From: an uncultured Methanosarcinaceae archaeon
GTDB taxonomy: Archaea; Halobacteriota; Methanosarcinia; Methanosarcinales; Methanosarcinaceae
Assembly: GCA_963733675.1 (NCBI GenBank)
Contig: CAVTET010000001.1
Span: 640,001-704,000, forward strand
DNA: 64,000 bases
Direction of reading: 5' to 3'
Positions 33,903-45,280 of this stretch are shown in pieces. Under the pieces are notes generated by a model. The model ran no database searches. It was given only the letters and a program-made list of their open reading frames with translations, and was not told the origin of the DNA. A program made the position numbers and the translations under genes. How positions within the stretch are numbered: the first letter of the stretch is position 1; every line of letters starts with the position of its first letter.

Positions 33903-34535
33903 ATGAGTTGTTCTGTCGTATCCATAGAGTCTATTGGTTCAACTCAAGTTAATTATCAAATTAGTACAATAGTATCGCTTCAATCTATAAATGACGAAAA
34001 AATATTCCATAATTTTTCCCAATCCTTTCCCAATTTATATCAACAATCTTTATCTTGTATAAACGTAGATACGTTAACACTTGAAAAAACGGGAGAATGT
34101 ATTTTAGTTTCTTGGATAAAAACTGACAGTTATCTGTCAAACAGTGTTTTACATACAAAATACACTGATTCGATGAAAACAGATTTAGTTAATATTAACA
34201 TTGTTGATGTAGTGGGGAGTGAGTTTTGTGTTGTTACGGGGGACGGAAAAAAATTATATAATATAATTTTCCATAACATAATAAAAAAGAAACGAGTGAT
34301 TATCTCTTTTAACGGAGTGGAGTTTTTAACACCTGCTTTCTTAAATGTATTAATTTGTCAATTATATGGGCAGTTTGAAGAAGATATTATAAATCAGTAC
34401 TTAGTTGTCTCTAATATGACAGAAGAAGATAAGAAAATTCTTTCCATACTTGTAACAAAAGCCAAACTTTATTTTAAAAATTCATCAATATACGACAAAC
34501 TACACAATGTTTCTTTTGGTGAAGGTTATGAATAG
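33903..34535 (+). CDS. STAS-like (DUF4325) domain protein with N-terminal extension
   Basis: C-terminal GSEFCV..DGKKLY..VIISFNGVEFLTPAFLN..QLYGQF..AKLYF; GGGTGA before the ATG; alternative in-frame ATG at 34173. Confidence 0.75.
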   Translation: MSCSVVSIESIGSTQVNYQISTIVSLQSINDEKIFHNFSQSFPNLYQQSLSCINVDTLTLEKTGECILVSWIKTDSYLSNSVLHTKYTDSMKTDLVNINIVDVVGSEFCVVTGDGKKLYNIIFHNIIKKKRVIISFNGVEFLTPAFLNVLICQLYGQFEEDIINQYLVVSNMTEEDKKILSILVTKAKLYFKNSSIYDKLHNVSFGEGYE

Positions 34536-35106
34536 CGCTAATAACGAGAACATGTGTAAGGATGTACGTCGCTGTGATTATCTGGAAGGCGAAGGTTATC
34601 TATTTGATACAAATATTTGGATACATACTATTTACATGCCATATATTTATAACTCAACTGAATATATGGATGTTTATGGCAGAATGCTAATAAATATGAT
34701 AAGCCGGAAGTGCAATATATATACTAACACTATGATACTCTCTGAATTTGCTAATAAAATTTTAAGACATGAATTCAACATATCTAAAGAAAAATTAGGC
34801 TTGAAGGCTACTCAATATAAGATTTTTCGCGAAACAGAGAATTATAAAGAAACCACTTCATTGGTTGCAAACTGTATACGAAAAATAGCTAAATTCACTA
34901 AAATATGTGATCTTAATAGAGATGATAATGATTTGCTATATGAATTAGCAGATGACTTTGCATCAGAAAACTACGATTTTAATGATATGGTTTTCGCAAA
35001 AATTTGTAAAGAAAACAAATTAACTTTTGTTACTCACGATGAAGATTTTAAGAATTATGGAATTAAAGTTATTACTGCAAATAAAAGTTTACTGAAATCT
35101 AGTTAA
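34528..35106 (+). CDS. PIN-domain ribonuclease (VapC-like)
   Basis: Acidic residues in LFDTNIW, LSEFAN, DFNDM and VTHDEDF; start overlaps the upstream stop (ATGAATAG). Confidence 0.85.
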   Translation: MNSANNENMCKDVRRCDYLEGEGYLFDTNIWIHTIYMPYIYNSTEYMDVYGRMLINMISRKCNIYTNTMILSEFANKILRHEFNISKEKLGLKATQYKIFRETENYKETTSLVANCIRKIAKFTKICDLNRDDNDLLYELADDFASENYDFNDMVFAKICKENKLTFVTHDEDFKNYGIKVITANKSLLKSS

Positions 35107-35512
35107 TATGTTATTTGATAGATTAATTCTTTTAAAATAATTATTATTCTTTGTTTGTCTTATGATTAAAAGCTCTTGTCGCGTATGAAGTAGTAATTTT
35201 CAAGTGCTTTCGTAATACAATTTGTATAATCTTTAAATTGATTTCTCACAATTGCTCCAAGCATAGAATCATGCAAGCGCCGTTTTATGGACATGTTTGG
35301 AATATTTCACCGGAAGGTAATTTTTGATCAGAGAGCATTTTTTTTACAAATAATTTTAATAATTATAAGTATAATTTCTTATCTATATATAAATTGGGGG
35401 TATTTTTTGTATATGCATGCTAATGTACATAATATCATCCAAGGTTCACCTTGTTATCTAGAAACAGAAGCTTTTATAGATCAAAAAACTTTTTTAATCA
35501 CACAAGATAGAT

Positions 35513-35662
35513 GGTTCCGTTGCAAAAAATCTGGCTTTCTTGCAAAATCAGAAAAAACCTTCACAATTAGGAAAGTTAATCATTTTCATTAGAAAGAAAA
35601 TGATACATAAAGGTGAAAATTATAGTGTCAAAATGCAGAAATATTATTTTTGCAACGGAACC
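35513..35662 (+). mobile_element. IS6-related MITE, variant A (150 bp)
   Basis: Perfect TIRs GGTTCCGTTGCAAAAA / TTTTTGCAACGGAACC, no coding capacity, no target duplication. Confidence 0.9.
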
Positions 35663-35836
35663 ACAAATATTTAATTGACTTCAATAAATCAAAAATCCCG
35701 AAAAGAATAACAATTCTCATAATTAAAGAAAAAAGAAAGAAAAATTTGAAAATGAAATTTAGGATGAAAAGGTTGAACCTTCATCCTAACTTTCCTATGC
35801 CTCAAAATTTTTCGCTATATTTTCTTATTTTATGCT

Positions 35837-38722
35837 TTATTTTCTTTTGTACAAGAATACAGCTAACAAGACAGTTATACCGGAAATAATTTCAAATCCA
35901 GGTATACCAGTAGTATCTGCACCTTTTTTTCCACCATTTGTTTGTGTATCTACAGTGGTATTTTGCTTTGTTGTCATCTTACCAGTTATTACAAAGGGTG
36001 AAAATCCCGGTGTTTGCGCTGTGAAATAAAGATACTTGCCATCTTCTCCTGATTTGCTTGTTGGCAATGAATTCCATTCCTTGTCAAAGTACCTATTAAG
36101 TGTGATGGAAGACTGATCTATTTTATTATCCTGTATCCAGAATTTTTCAACCTTGAAACATAATACTGCATTTTCTAGGTTCTTTGGAGTTGCAAACCCA
36201 CTGTTTCCAACCCAAATATTTAAGTGCTTGTATATAGCGTTAGAAGGTAGACTTGAAGCTAATATAGATTTTTCTTTCAGCATCTCGACTATGGTAGTCG
36301 TCTTACCAATAGTCTTCTTTGAATCGAAGCTCACATATACAACAGAAGTAGCGTTCTGTGGGAAATCAAATTTCACAGATTTTCCATTTGTAATGAAAGC
36401 CTGTGAAATTTCTTTACTTACTACATTACTTTGAGGCTCATTGGAACTACCTGTACCTGCACTTTCACTGCTGCTTCCGCTACTGAAGCTGCTGCTGCTG
36501 CCATCACTATCACTAGAACTACTACTTTGCACATTTGTAGGATTGGTGTTGTAATCTAGAACAGTTATTGTGGTAGCCTTTGAAATCGTGTTATTTTTAT
36601 CGCTAACTATAAAGTTAACGGTATAGTTTCCTGCTTTGTAATAAGTGTGCTTTGGATTCTGCTCGGTTGAATTAGTTCCGTCTCCAAAATCCCAAATTTT
36701 CGATATTGCATTTTGTGAAAGATCTGTAAGCTGGACATCAAGTGGAGCAGAACCCTGTGTAGTACTGGCTCTGAAGTCTGCAACAGGAAGTACTACACTT
36801 ACGAGTGGTAATTTATCAATGACATTTACTTCTTTATCATATATGGCATCAGCAATTCCACCGCCTTCAGAATCGTGTGCAGTTTGGGAAAATCCGTCAC
36901 CAGTAATATGTGCCCAGAAGTTACCGCCAATATATGGCCCACCTACAATGTTTTTGCCTTTAGCCTTTCCTATGTTCCAGGTAGATCTTGCATTTTTAGC
37001 ATCGATGTTCTCAGTATTGTTGAAGTAGTTATTATAAATTAGGTTATTGATACTTTTAGGACATAGGAAAATACCCTTTTCGTTCCAGATGATATGGTTG
37101 CCTGTAATATTGTTGCTTACAGCAGAGTTCAGGTCAATACCATCGAGGGCATTATAAGATACCGTATTATTGGAAAGAGAGTTATTGTCTGCAGAGTAGA
37201 ATCTAATACCCATATTATTATATGTAGCGAAATTGCTGGAGAGTATGTTCTTATTTGAGCTTTCCACGTGAATTCCGATGTTATTGCCTCGCGCTGTATT
37301 GCTGTCAATGTAACTATTATTTGAATTCACTAAGTAAATCCCATCTCCACTGTTTGAAATTACACTGTTGTTGACGAGTTTATTATAATTGCTAGTATTC
37401 GCAAGACGAATACCGTTTCCAGTGCTAAAATCCACAATGTTGTTTGAAAGCGTATTATTGTAGCATCCTGAGCCTAGTAAATAAATACCTCTACTATTTC
37501 CTGTTGCGTGATTATTAGATATCACATTATTATTTGTTTCCAAATAGATACCATAAAATGTGTTTGAATTTGCTATATTGTTATCCACAAGATTATTTTT
37601 GCCACAATAATTAGTCAGATGAATACCAACGTCACACAAATTTGCATTATTACCTGAAATCATATTCCCACTATCTTCATGTGTTAAGTAAATGCCTTCT
37701 TTATTTCCATCCGCATTATTGTTAATAATCTTGTTTTTATGGGAATACCTCATAGCTATTCCGTAAAGGTTGCTTGAAACTTTATTATTTTTCACAACGT
37801 TGTTTTCGCAAGTATTAAAGAAAATACCGTGGTCTGCAGAACTAGCATTATTATTTGAAATTGTGTTCGATTTTGAATTATAAAGGTTTATGCCATTTGT
37901 GTTAGTTCCGTTGACTGCACTACCTAACATTTTCACAACGTTATTTGTTAAGTTGTTTTCATCTGAAAATGACAGATAGATCCCATCATTTTTGTTTGAG
38001 TTCAAAGTGTTTCCTGTTAGGGTAACACCTTTTGCTGATTCCATTAATATACCAGAGTTAGTATTCTGACTTATGGAGTTCGCTGATATGGTACTTTCTT
38101 TAGAATTAGAACCTACAATATGAATCCCATTATTTTGGTTTGAGATCGAATTTCCAGAAACCATGGTATTGCCAGATTGTTCAATATCTATTCCAGTGCC
38201 AGTCCCAAAAATACTAGTTCTGTTGAAGTTGTTGTTGCGAATCACACTATCAGTAAAACTAGTTAGTTTCACACCAAGTCCATCGTTCAAAAATACATTA
38301 TTTTCAACTGTACACTGTTTACCTTGAGACAGGTAAACTCCTGCCATATCATTTCTGGCTCCAGTAATCGTAAACCCTTTGACTGTTACATGAGTTTTGT
38401 ATTTAATAGAAATCACACCTTTAACTGTAGAACCTGCTGTATTGTCGGCAACAATTATGGTATCTCCAGGGTTACTAGATGATGCCATCAGTACCAGATT
38501 ATTGAGATTATTTGCATAATCTCTGCTTATGTCTATATTCCCAGTATAGGTTCCGGGTTCTACAATGATTGTATCGTCTGATTTTGCACTGTTTACTGCA
38601 GCCTGTATAGAACCTCCTTGTTGGACGTGGATCTCAGCTGCTGTCCCTACACAGGAGCTTAGTGTAAATATTAAATAAGCCAGTAATAAAATTTTGATGA
38701 TATTTATGACTAATTCCTCCAT
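35837..38722 (-). CDS. Cell-surface glycoprotein: NosD/CASH beta-helix, PKD, Ser-rich linker, PGF-pre-PGF, PGF-CTERM
   Basis: Signal peptide; many GIxL..S.NN.I..N repeats; GGPYIGGNFW; PKD WDFGDG..EQNPKHTY; TPGFSPFVI; C-terminal PGF, TM helix and KRK (archaeosortase signal). Confidence 0.92.
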   Translation of the reverse strand: MEELVINIIKILLLAYLIFTLSSCVGTAAEIHVQQGGSIQAAVNSAKSDDTIIVEPGTYTGNIDISRDYANNLNNLVLMASSSNPGDTIIVADNTAGSTVKGVISIKYKTHVTVKGFTITGARNDMAGVYLSQGKQCTVENNVFLNDGLGVKLTSFTDSVIRNNNFNRTSIFGTGTGIDIEQSGNTMVSGNSISNQNNGIHIVGSNSKESTISANSISQNTNSGILMESAKGVTLTGNTLNSNKNDGIYLSFSDENNLTNNVVKMLGSAVNGTNTNGINLYNSKSNTISNNNASSADHGIFFNTCENNVVKNNKVSSNLYGIAMRYSHKNKIINNNADGNKEGIYLTHEDSGNMISGNNANLCDVGIHLTNYCGKNNLVDNNIANSNTFYGIYLETNNNVISNNHATGNSRGIYLLGSGCYNNTLSNNIVDFSTGNGIRLANTSNYNKLVNNSVISNSGDGIYLVNSNNSYIDSNTARGNNIGIHVESSNKNILSSNFATYNNMGIRFYSADNNSLSNNTVSYNALDGIDLNSAVSNNITGNHIIWNEKGIFLCPKSINNLIYNNYFNNTENIDAKNARSTWNIGKAKGKNIVGGPYIGGNFWAHITGDGFSQTAHDSEGGGIADAIYDKEVNVIDKLPLVSVVLPVADFRASTTQGSAPLDVQLTDLSQNAISKIWDFGDGTNSTEQNPKHTYYKAGNYTVNFIVSDKNNTISKATTITVLDYNTNPTNVQSSSSSDSDGSSSSFSSGSSSESAGTGSSNEPQSNVVSKEISQAFITNGKSVKFDFPQNATSVVYVSFDSKKTIGKTTTIVEMLKEKSILASSLPSNAIYKHLNIWVGNSGFATPKNLENAVLCFKVEKFWIQDNKIDQSSITLNRYFDKEWNSLPTSKSGEDGKYLYFTAQTPGFSPFVITGKMTTKQNTTVDTQTNGGKKGADTTGIPGFEIISGITVLLAVFLYKRK

Positions 38723-39350
38723 GAAAGTAGAAGAAATCGAGAATGATACTTTCTCTAATTACTTAGGAATTGATTGCAAGTAGAATATAAACATATTGGT
38801 ATATATTTAATATATTTCTACATTTATTCATTTTACGAAAAACGCCACAATTGTATCACATGATTGATTCTGTATCTTTTTCTCCACAATGAAAAACAGA
38901 AATTTCTCAATATTTTAGCAGACAGAGTTAAACAGTTAGGGAAAAATAAGCTTTAAAGCACCGGATTGATCATCTCAATAACTATACAAACAATATTTGT
39001 TTGTTGTTAACTTCATGTTGATAGGTGTCGTATTTATATGAAATTTGAAAGAGTTGACCGCCTAATTTCCAGGGCAATAATGACATCCCTTAAGGTAATT
39101 GATATTGATCTATTTCTTTTTGAGTCTTCTGCAGCACTTATTATTTTGTCCTTTGTTGAAATTAATGAGAAGTCAATTTTAATACTGTATATCTAAATTA
39201 TCGTAAGTTCGCTTACATACGATATTCAAATTTCATAGGCCAAAAACTCTGTCAACATTTGTGAAATAGTAGCCCTCTTAGTATTAATAGTCTCCATAGG
39301 TTTCTCAGTGAGTTTTTTAGATAATTATTCTTTATAAAATAATGATTTTC

Positions 39351-40205
39351 GGTTCCGTTGCAAAAAATTCAAAAAAAATATATAAATCTATAGGTAATGA
39401 ATAAAAATCAGAATATTCAAAGAAAATGCACTAACATTATAAAACTATACCAAACAATTGATTAATGTATTTGACTTCATTAAGAACAGAGTAATTTAAA
39501 TCATTTACTTGTCCTTTTTTGATCATATTCATAGCTTCAATTCCTTTTAAAGTCTTATTAGCAGATTGAAAAGACTGAAATCCTAACATTGGATTAACGA
39601 TTCGCTTTATAAATCTATGATCTTGTTCTATAATGTTATTCAAATACTTGATTTGTCTAATGCCTACGTTTTTAGGTAGTATTTTATCATTTTTCAGTTT
39701 ACCTATAGCAGGTGGATAAGCTGGATTCTTATCAACTGTTATTACTCTTGGAATTTGATTATGATTAGAACTCAAAGCTTTCTTAAAAAATCTCTTCGCT
39801 GCATTTCGATTTCGTTTTGCACTTAACATGAAATCAATTGTATCTCCATTTGAGTCAACTGCTCGGTAAAAATATTTCCATTTACTTTTTATTTTGATAT
39901 AGGTTTCATCAACTTTCCACGAATAGTTTGTTAGTCTTAAATGTCTTCTTATCTTCTTTTCTAGTTCAGGGGAATATTGATGTACCCATCTCATTATAGT
40001 ACTGTGATCAACTTGAATTCCTCTTTCTATCATCATTTCCTTTAAATTTCTATAGCTCAATGGATATTTTAAGTACCATCTTACATTCAATAGGATAATT
40101 TCTCCTTCATAATGCTTCCATTTAAAGGAATTAGATAGCATATTACTATCTTTGGTTTTCTTTTTATTCTATTGTATCATTAGAAAGGATTTTTGCAACG
40201 GAACC
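39351..40205 (-). mobile_element. IS6-family insertion sequence, full length (855 bp)
   Basis: TIRs at 39351 and 40205. Confidence 0.95.
39437..40141 (-). CDS. IS6-family DDE transposase
   Basis: 234 aa with DDE motifs; protein identical to 45813-46517. Confidence 0.95.
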   Translation of the reverse strand: MLSNSFKWKHYEGEIILLNVRWYLKYPLSYRNLKEMMIERGIQVDHSTIMRWVHQYSPELEKKIRRHLRLTNYSWKVDETYIKIKSKWKYFYRAVDSNGDTIDFMLSAKRNRNAAKRFFKKALSSNHNQIPRVITVDKNPAYPPAIGKLKNDKILPKNVGIRQIKYLNNIIEQDHRFIKRIVNPMLGFQSFQSANKTLKGIEAMNMIKKGQVNDLNYSVLNEVKYINQLFGIVL

Positions 40206-40588
40206 GTTGTCGTTGATGGAGCCAATCGTCACGATAAAAAGCTTGTAAAAAAGACTTTAGACGCCATATTCTTTGAAAGACCTTCTGCATAAGACATAAT
40301 TCAGAATATATGCATGGATAAGGGTTATGATTTCACCGATATCAGAAAATTGGTTGAAGAATATAGTTTATACTGTGCATATCAAAAGTAGTGGGGAAGA
40401 AAACATAAGAAGAGACATACCTGGTTTTAGGGCAAGAAGATGGGTTGTAGAAAGGACACATTCTTGGCTGAATAGATTCAGAAGACTCCTTATAAGATGG
40501 GAAAAGAAAATTGAAAATTACCTTGCTATCCTACATTTAGCGTACGCATTAATAACATTCAGATCAGCAGGACTTTTCGGATAGCCTC
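40206..40588 (+). pseudogene. 3' half of an IS5-family transposase with its right end, 5' part removed at the IS6 junction
   Basis: VVVDGANRHD, MDKGYD and RRWVVERTHSWLNRFRRLLIRWEK with a stop and a frameshift; terminus CTTTTCGGATAGCCTC. Confidence 0.85.
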
Positions 40589-40677
40589 TTAATATTGCGA
40601 TTATTCAGAACCGGTTATTAATTAAGGCTACAGGTTAATGAAGTGCTTGAAAAACAAATGTCATCCTTTAAGATATT

Positions 40678-41028
40678 TTAATCAAGGTACCCTTTTCTTT
40701 CAAGCCATTCAATCTGAGGTCTTGTGTATTTCCAGGTAACGTCGGCTTTTGAGTTCTGAACTTCCCAAGGATTGGCTATGACAACATCGCCTTCACGAAT
40801 CCACATTCTTTTTTTCTTAGAACCCGGGATCCTACCCATTCGGATAATTCCGTCCATGCATTGCAATGTGACTCTTTTTGATCCAAGTAAACATGCTACT
40901 GTTGCAAGGACTTCGTTTCTGTCTTTACGGGGAGTTCGCACCCTTGTCATTTCCGGGGTGTCTCCTGAGTTTACCGGCTTATTGAATCCTGCTTGTCTTT
41001 TTCTAATAGTACTTCTGTAATTAGCCAA
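40678..41028 (-). CDS. eif1A: Translation initiation factor aIF-1A
   Basis: [40 protein letters not shown]. Confidence 0.93.
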   Translation of the reverse strand: MANYRSTIRKRQAGFNKPVNSGDTPEMTRVRTPRKDRNEVLATVACLLGSKRVTLQCMDGIIRMGRIPGSKKKRMWIREGDVVIANPWEVQNSKADVTWKYTRPQIEWLERKGYLD

Positions 41029-41318
41029 ATTAATTCCTCCTATAATGATTTTTATATCAATAATTTCAAAGTTTATTTGTTTTTATTGATTTTGATTCTC
41101 AATTCCAATTGATTTACTTCTCCATTGGACTCATCAAAGATATTTGCCCCTCTATAACAGTCATAACTTAATTATAAAGTTATACATTTAGCAGAAACAA
41201 ATCTTGAAAAATGGAAAGAATAACAGATAAATAGTAATGAAAATGAATTAAGTGTTAATCAAAACTAAATTAAGGAATTAACACTCAACACAACTTAAAC
41301 ACTCAAATCAAATTATCC

Positions 41319-41528
41319 TTAGAATTTTCTGTGGTTAGGAAGACATTCTCTACAGTAAACAGGCCGCCCTTCATTTGGTTTGAACGGAACTTCGGTCTCA
41401 ACGCCACAATCAGAACATATCACCTTGGTCATTTCTCTAGGACCACTGCTGCCCCCTCTAAAACCACCACCATGACTGCCGCCTCTGCTGCCACCACGGA
41501 ATGAATTCCCTCTGTCATTAAAAGCCAT
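41319..41528 (-). CDS. CxxC-x17-CxxC zinc-ribbon protein with RGG-rich N-terminus
   Basis: CSDCGVETEVPFKPNEGRPVYCREC; GGAGGTG before the ATG. Confidence 0.9.
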   Translation of the reverse strand: MAFNDRGNSFRGGSRGGSHGGGFRGGSSGPREMTKVICSDCGVETEVPFKPNEGRPVYCRECLPNHRKF

Positions 41529-42882
41529 TTTGTTTCACCTCCGCTTTAGCGGGTAATGATATAATAAAAATAAGATTGTATAAGATCATTATAAAAACAA
41601 AAAATTGGTTTTTAATAACAGATTATACGTCTCTTTATTTTCAACTACTCTTACTTCGTATTTTAATTATATAAATCTTCCCACAGAAACAGTTTTGCAC
41701 CTAATGTACCATTTTTGCCCTGTCAGATATTGGACTTTAGGTGCAAGTTTAAAAATAGTGTAGTTTTTGAGTTTTACCCAGTTCTAAATTAGAATGATTT
41801 ATGACAAAATATATTGGAAATGTGCGAAATATGTATGGGCAAAAAAGTTCGAGATGGAGTTTACTTCCATCTCAACAGCAGATAGATGTTTATCTTTCCA
41901 CCATGTGCGCAAATCGGCAATGTTTCCGTGTCATTTTTCGTAGACTAGTACTCAGATCTTCAGCGCACAATGAGAGGATACAAAGTAGCTTAGCTATGGT
42001 GAAAACTTCTTCCACGTTTCGAATTCATCTCCTTAATTGCCTGCTCAGAGAGCCCTAAAAGTTAAGCTATGTCTTAGTTGTAAATACAAATTGAACATAT
42101 ATATCAAATTAAAATAATAACAAATTAAGAATAAAATAGTTGAAATAAATTAAAAATAATAATTAAAATCGTCCCTCGATTGATCATTGGTAATCTGGGA
42201 TATTCTTCATGGCACAGTTTTTCTGAATGGACCGAGTAATACTCTATATTACCATATTCCACGTGGCTAGCCGAAATTTTTAGGTTTCATACATGAATCT
42301 TACTAATCTATTTATATGATCCATCTGTAATCATTCTTAGCCTGCAACCTTATGTATTATCTTCCAGGCTTTAGCTAACTCAAATCCAAAACTCTTTGTG
42401 TTTGAGTTCTTAATGTATTGCAAGCAGCGTTTAATTACAAAGAGATTTCAATATTGTTATTCCCTCAAGACTTAAAAACATATTTTTAGCTAGTTCAACA
42501 TTTTTCGCTGGTTGACGTTTGGATTTCTTTAACTTAATCACATAATCTTTCCTTCAAGTGATCTTCTTCTCCTTGAGTAAGTGATAAATTTGAAATGTGC
42601 TTATAAGATCCGTAAAAAGATTATATTCAAAATAATATATTAATTCTGTTAGAGACATACTAAATTAAATGCAAATATTAAATAAATAATATGATAAAGA
42701 GAATTTCGATAAACCCCAATTTTTGTCTGGTCGTTTATGAAGTTTATATAGGATCTTTTTCGAAATTGGAAGTCTATCGAAATTCTCAAATGAAAATAGA
42801 AAACCAGCAGCATTAAAAAGATTACAAAATAAGAATAAAGTAAGAATGTAAAAAGCTGGTTGAAAAAAGGAAATTGAGAAAA

Positions 42883-44805
42883 CTAGATAAGTCGTATCTC
42901 AATCAAATTCCCTCCATTTTGAGCCTCAATAATATCTGATGCAAGGTCAGAATTTACCCTGAGTTTTACTTCTCCATGTCGGCTCACCGGTGCACTGAAG
43001 ATGTATTTGTCATCAATGAATATTCCAACGGCCTTTCCTGCAAGTTCCGGAACCTTCAGGATGAGATGTTTCTTGTTTATTTCGATAAAAGGATGGGCAG
43101 AAGAGATAATATCCTCCTTCTCAAGATCAGCTGGCCTGGGTTTCTGCTGAGAAACTTTATTTTTAGCTCCATACAGTCTTCCTTTAGAGTTTTTTGGAGC
43201 GTCTATTTCTATTTCCCTAACATCAATATGAAGCCCCAGAGTATTTTCGATTTGATCAATAATTCTCCCGCCCTTACCAATTATTTTTCGTATTTCTTCA
43301 GCCTGGACCTTCACGAGTGCACTGTCATCTGATGTTATCTCAACTTCAATAGGTCCAGATGCATACCTGCCAATAAAACTTTTTATCTCCTCTTCAGCAA
43401 TCCTCCATGTAGGTTTCCTTCCTCCTTTAGAAGATTCTATTGGCATGACCACAACCTGTTCTCCATAGGTGTAAATTTCATATTCGACTTTGCCAGTTTC
43501 GAAATCTGCAATTGTAATCACAGGCCTTGAAAGATCCTGCTCTGTCATCCCATAAGGAACTTTAACTGTAAATGCAAGCAACAGAACCTTAGAAACCTCG
43601 CCTTTATCGATGAAAACGACAGTATCCACTACCTGAGGAATCACACCCAATTCAACTCTTCCGATCAGGCGTTGAATGGCATCCACTGCTCTTGTCGCAT
43701 GCACAACTCCTATCATCCCTACTCCTGCAAGGCGCATATCTGCAAAAATCAAGAAATCACCGGTCTTCCGGAGTTCATCATATATCGTATAATCTGGCCT
43801 GACCAGTAGCAAAAGATCAGCAGTATTTCCCATTTTACCATCAAGTGGTGAATATTGAGTAATTTCAGGAGGCACTTGCAGGTCTCGTGGAGATTCCATC
43901 GTTTTGACTACCTGCCCGTGGTCGTTCAGATACCGCGCAACTCCTGCAGCAAAAGTCGATTTCCCGGCCCCAGGTGGCCCGGCAATAAGAACGCCACGCT
44001 GGCTTAAAATACGTTCTTTCAGCTCATAGCTCAAGCTGTAGTGCTCAAGATCTACAACTACTGTTGGCCTGACAGCTGTAATCTCCATGTCATCGGAAAA
44101 AGGTGGATGTGTAATTGCAACTCTTATATTTCGGATTTGAAGAACAGTAGCCCCATCTGAAGACATCTCGATGAAAGATTCGGGGTCCAATCGTGCTCTT
44201 TCAATAAGTTCTTTTGAAATACTGGAAAGTTCCGAATAATTGACAGGTTCTTCACGAATCCTTGCATAAAGCACATTTCCTATAGGCCCCTTCTTGGCCA
44301 TAGGCAGTACACCATTTTTCAAGTGCACAGACATTGTATCGTCAGTGAAAAAAGACTCTAATTTTAGAGGCAAAAGTTCTGAAGGGTTCAGGATCTTGGG
44401 GGGCATGTACTCGACATCGATCCCCTTTGCTCTAGCTATAAGGGCTTGTATCCTGTCTTCGCTTACAAACAGTCCTCCGACATCAATAGCCGTACTTCGG
44501 ATAAGGGAATCTACTCTACCCTCTTTGGACATTTTCATCTCCCCGACTGTGGGTTGAACTCCACTAAATCGAAGTTGAATTTCTCCAATGTCCGCCAACT
44601 TACGAAGTTCTGAAAGCTCTTCAAGCCCTTTGAAACCTATTTCTCTGCCCTTGTTTGCCTGGGCTTCAAGTTCAGATATCACAGCTTCGGGAATAATAAC
44701 CTCAGCGCCCCTGAATTCACCGCTTTTGACGCGGTGCGAAAGCCTCCCGTCAATAATTACACTAGTATCAGGAACAATCCTGCGCATCCGGTTATCTTCA
44801 GTCAT
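42883..44805 (-). CDS. PIN-domain ATPase with KH domain (PINA, Holliday-junction branch-migration ATPase family)
   Basis: PIN VPDTSVIID, Walker A GPPGAGKST, RPDYTIYDELR, KH IIGKGG; adjacent to hisI. Confidence 0.92.
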   Translation of the reverse strand: MTEDNRMRRIVPDTSVIIDGRLSHRVKSGEFRGAEVIIPEAVISELEAQANKGREIGFKGLEELSELRKLADIGEIQLRFSGVQPTVGEMKMSKEGRVDSLIRSTAIDVGGLFVSEDRIQALIARAKGIDVEYMPPKILNPSELLPLKLESFFTDDTMSVHLKNGVLPMAKKGPIGNVLYARIREEPVNYSELSSISKELIERARLDPESFIEMSSDGATVLQIRNIRVAITHPPFSDDMEITAVRPTVVVDLEHYSLSYELKERILSQRGVLIAGPPGAGKSTFAAGVARYLNDHGQVVKTMESPRDLQVPPEITQYSPLDGKMGNTADLLLLVRPDYTIYDELRKTGDFLIFADMRLAGVGMIGVVHATRAVDAIQRLIGRVELGVIPQVVDTVVFIDKGEVSKVLLLAFTVKVPYGMTEQDLSRPVITIADFETGKVEYEIYTYGEQVVVMPIESSKGGRKPTWRIAEEEIKSFIGRYASGPIEVEITSDDSALVKVQAEEIRKIIGKGGRIIDQIENTLGLHIDVREIEIDAPKNSKGRLYGAKNKVSQQKPRPADLEKEDIISSAHPFIEINKKHLILKVPELAGKAVGIFIDDKYIFSAPVSRHGEVKLRVNSDLASDIIEAQNGGNLIEIRLI

Positions 44806-45280
44806 ATAATGGGATATAGATACAGAAAGTATATAAGAAAACCTCTGAAAAGTTTTTCTACTTTAAGGAAGCAAAAAAATAATCATAGGAAAATATTTTA
44901 AAAAAAATGAAACATCAGATGATTAAGATATTTTTAGTATATTCTGGAAGTATTAAGATTTACCTTTAATTCCATTTTCAATTGACCTCAAACAATCAAA
45001 AATCCTTAAAATAATAACAAATTTGTGCCAGTAGGCCTACCAATAATCAGTTGTAAAGTATCTATTTTGGTGCATTAGATACTTCTGGTTACCGACTGAT
45101 AGTCATAAATAACATTTTCGGTTACTTAACCCGCTGCAAGCAATTTGGTATGTTCTGGATACCTCTCTGGATATAAAATATGATTCAGAATCAAATTTTG
45201 TCAATAATCGAAGATACGACCGAAAATGTATTTAAAATTCACTTAATAGAAATTTTCAAATTCAATTAAGATCTTAAATT

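Noticed and set aside
35287-35889. ORFs 35287-35592 and 35650-35889 as extra genes of the PIN cassette
   Set aside because: They run through the MITE and AT-rich spacer, with no recognisable motifs or RBS.
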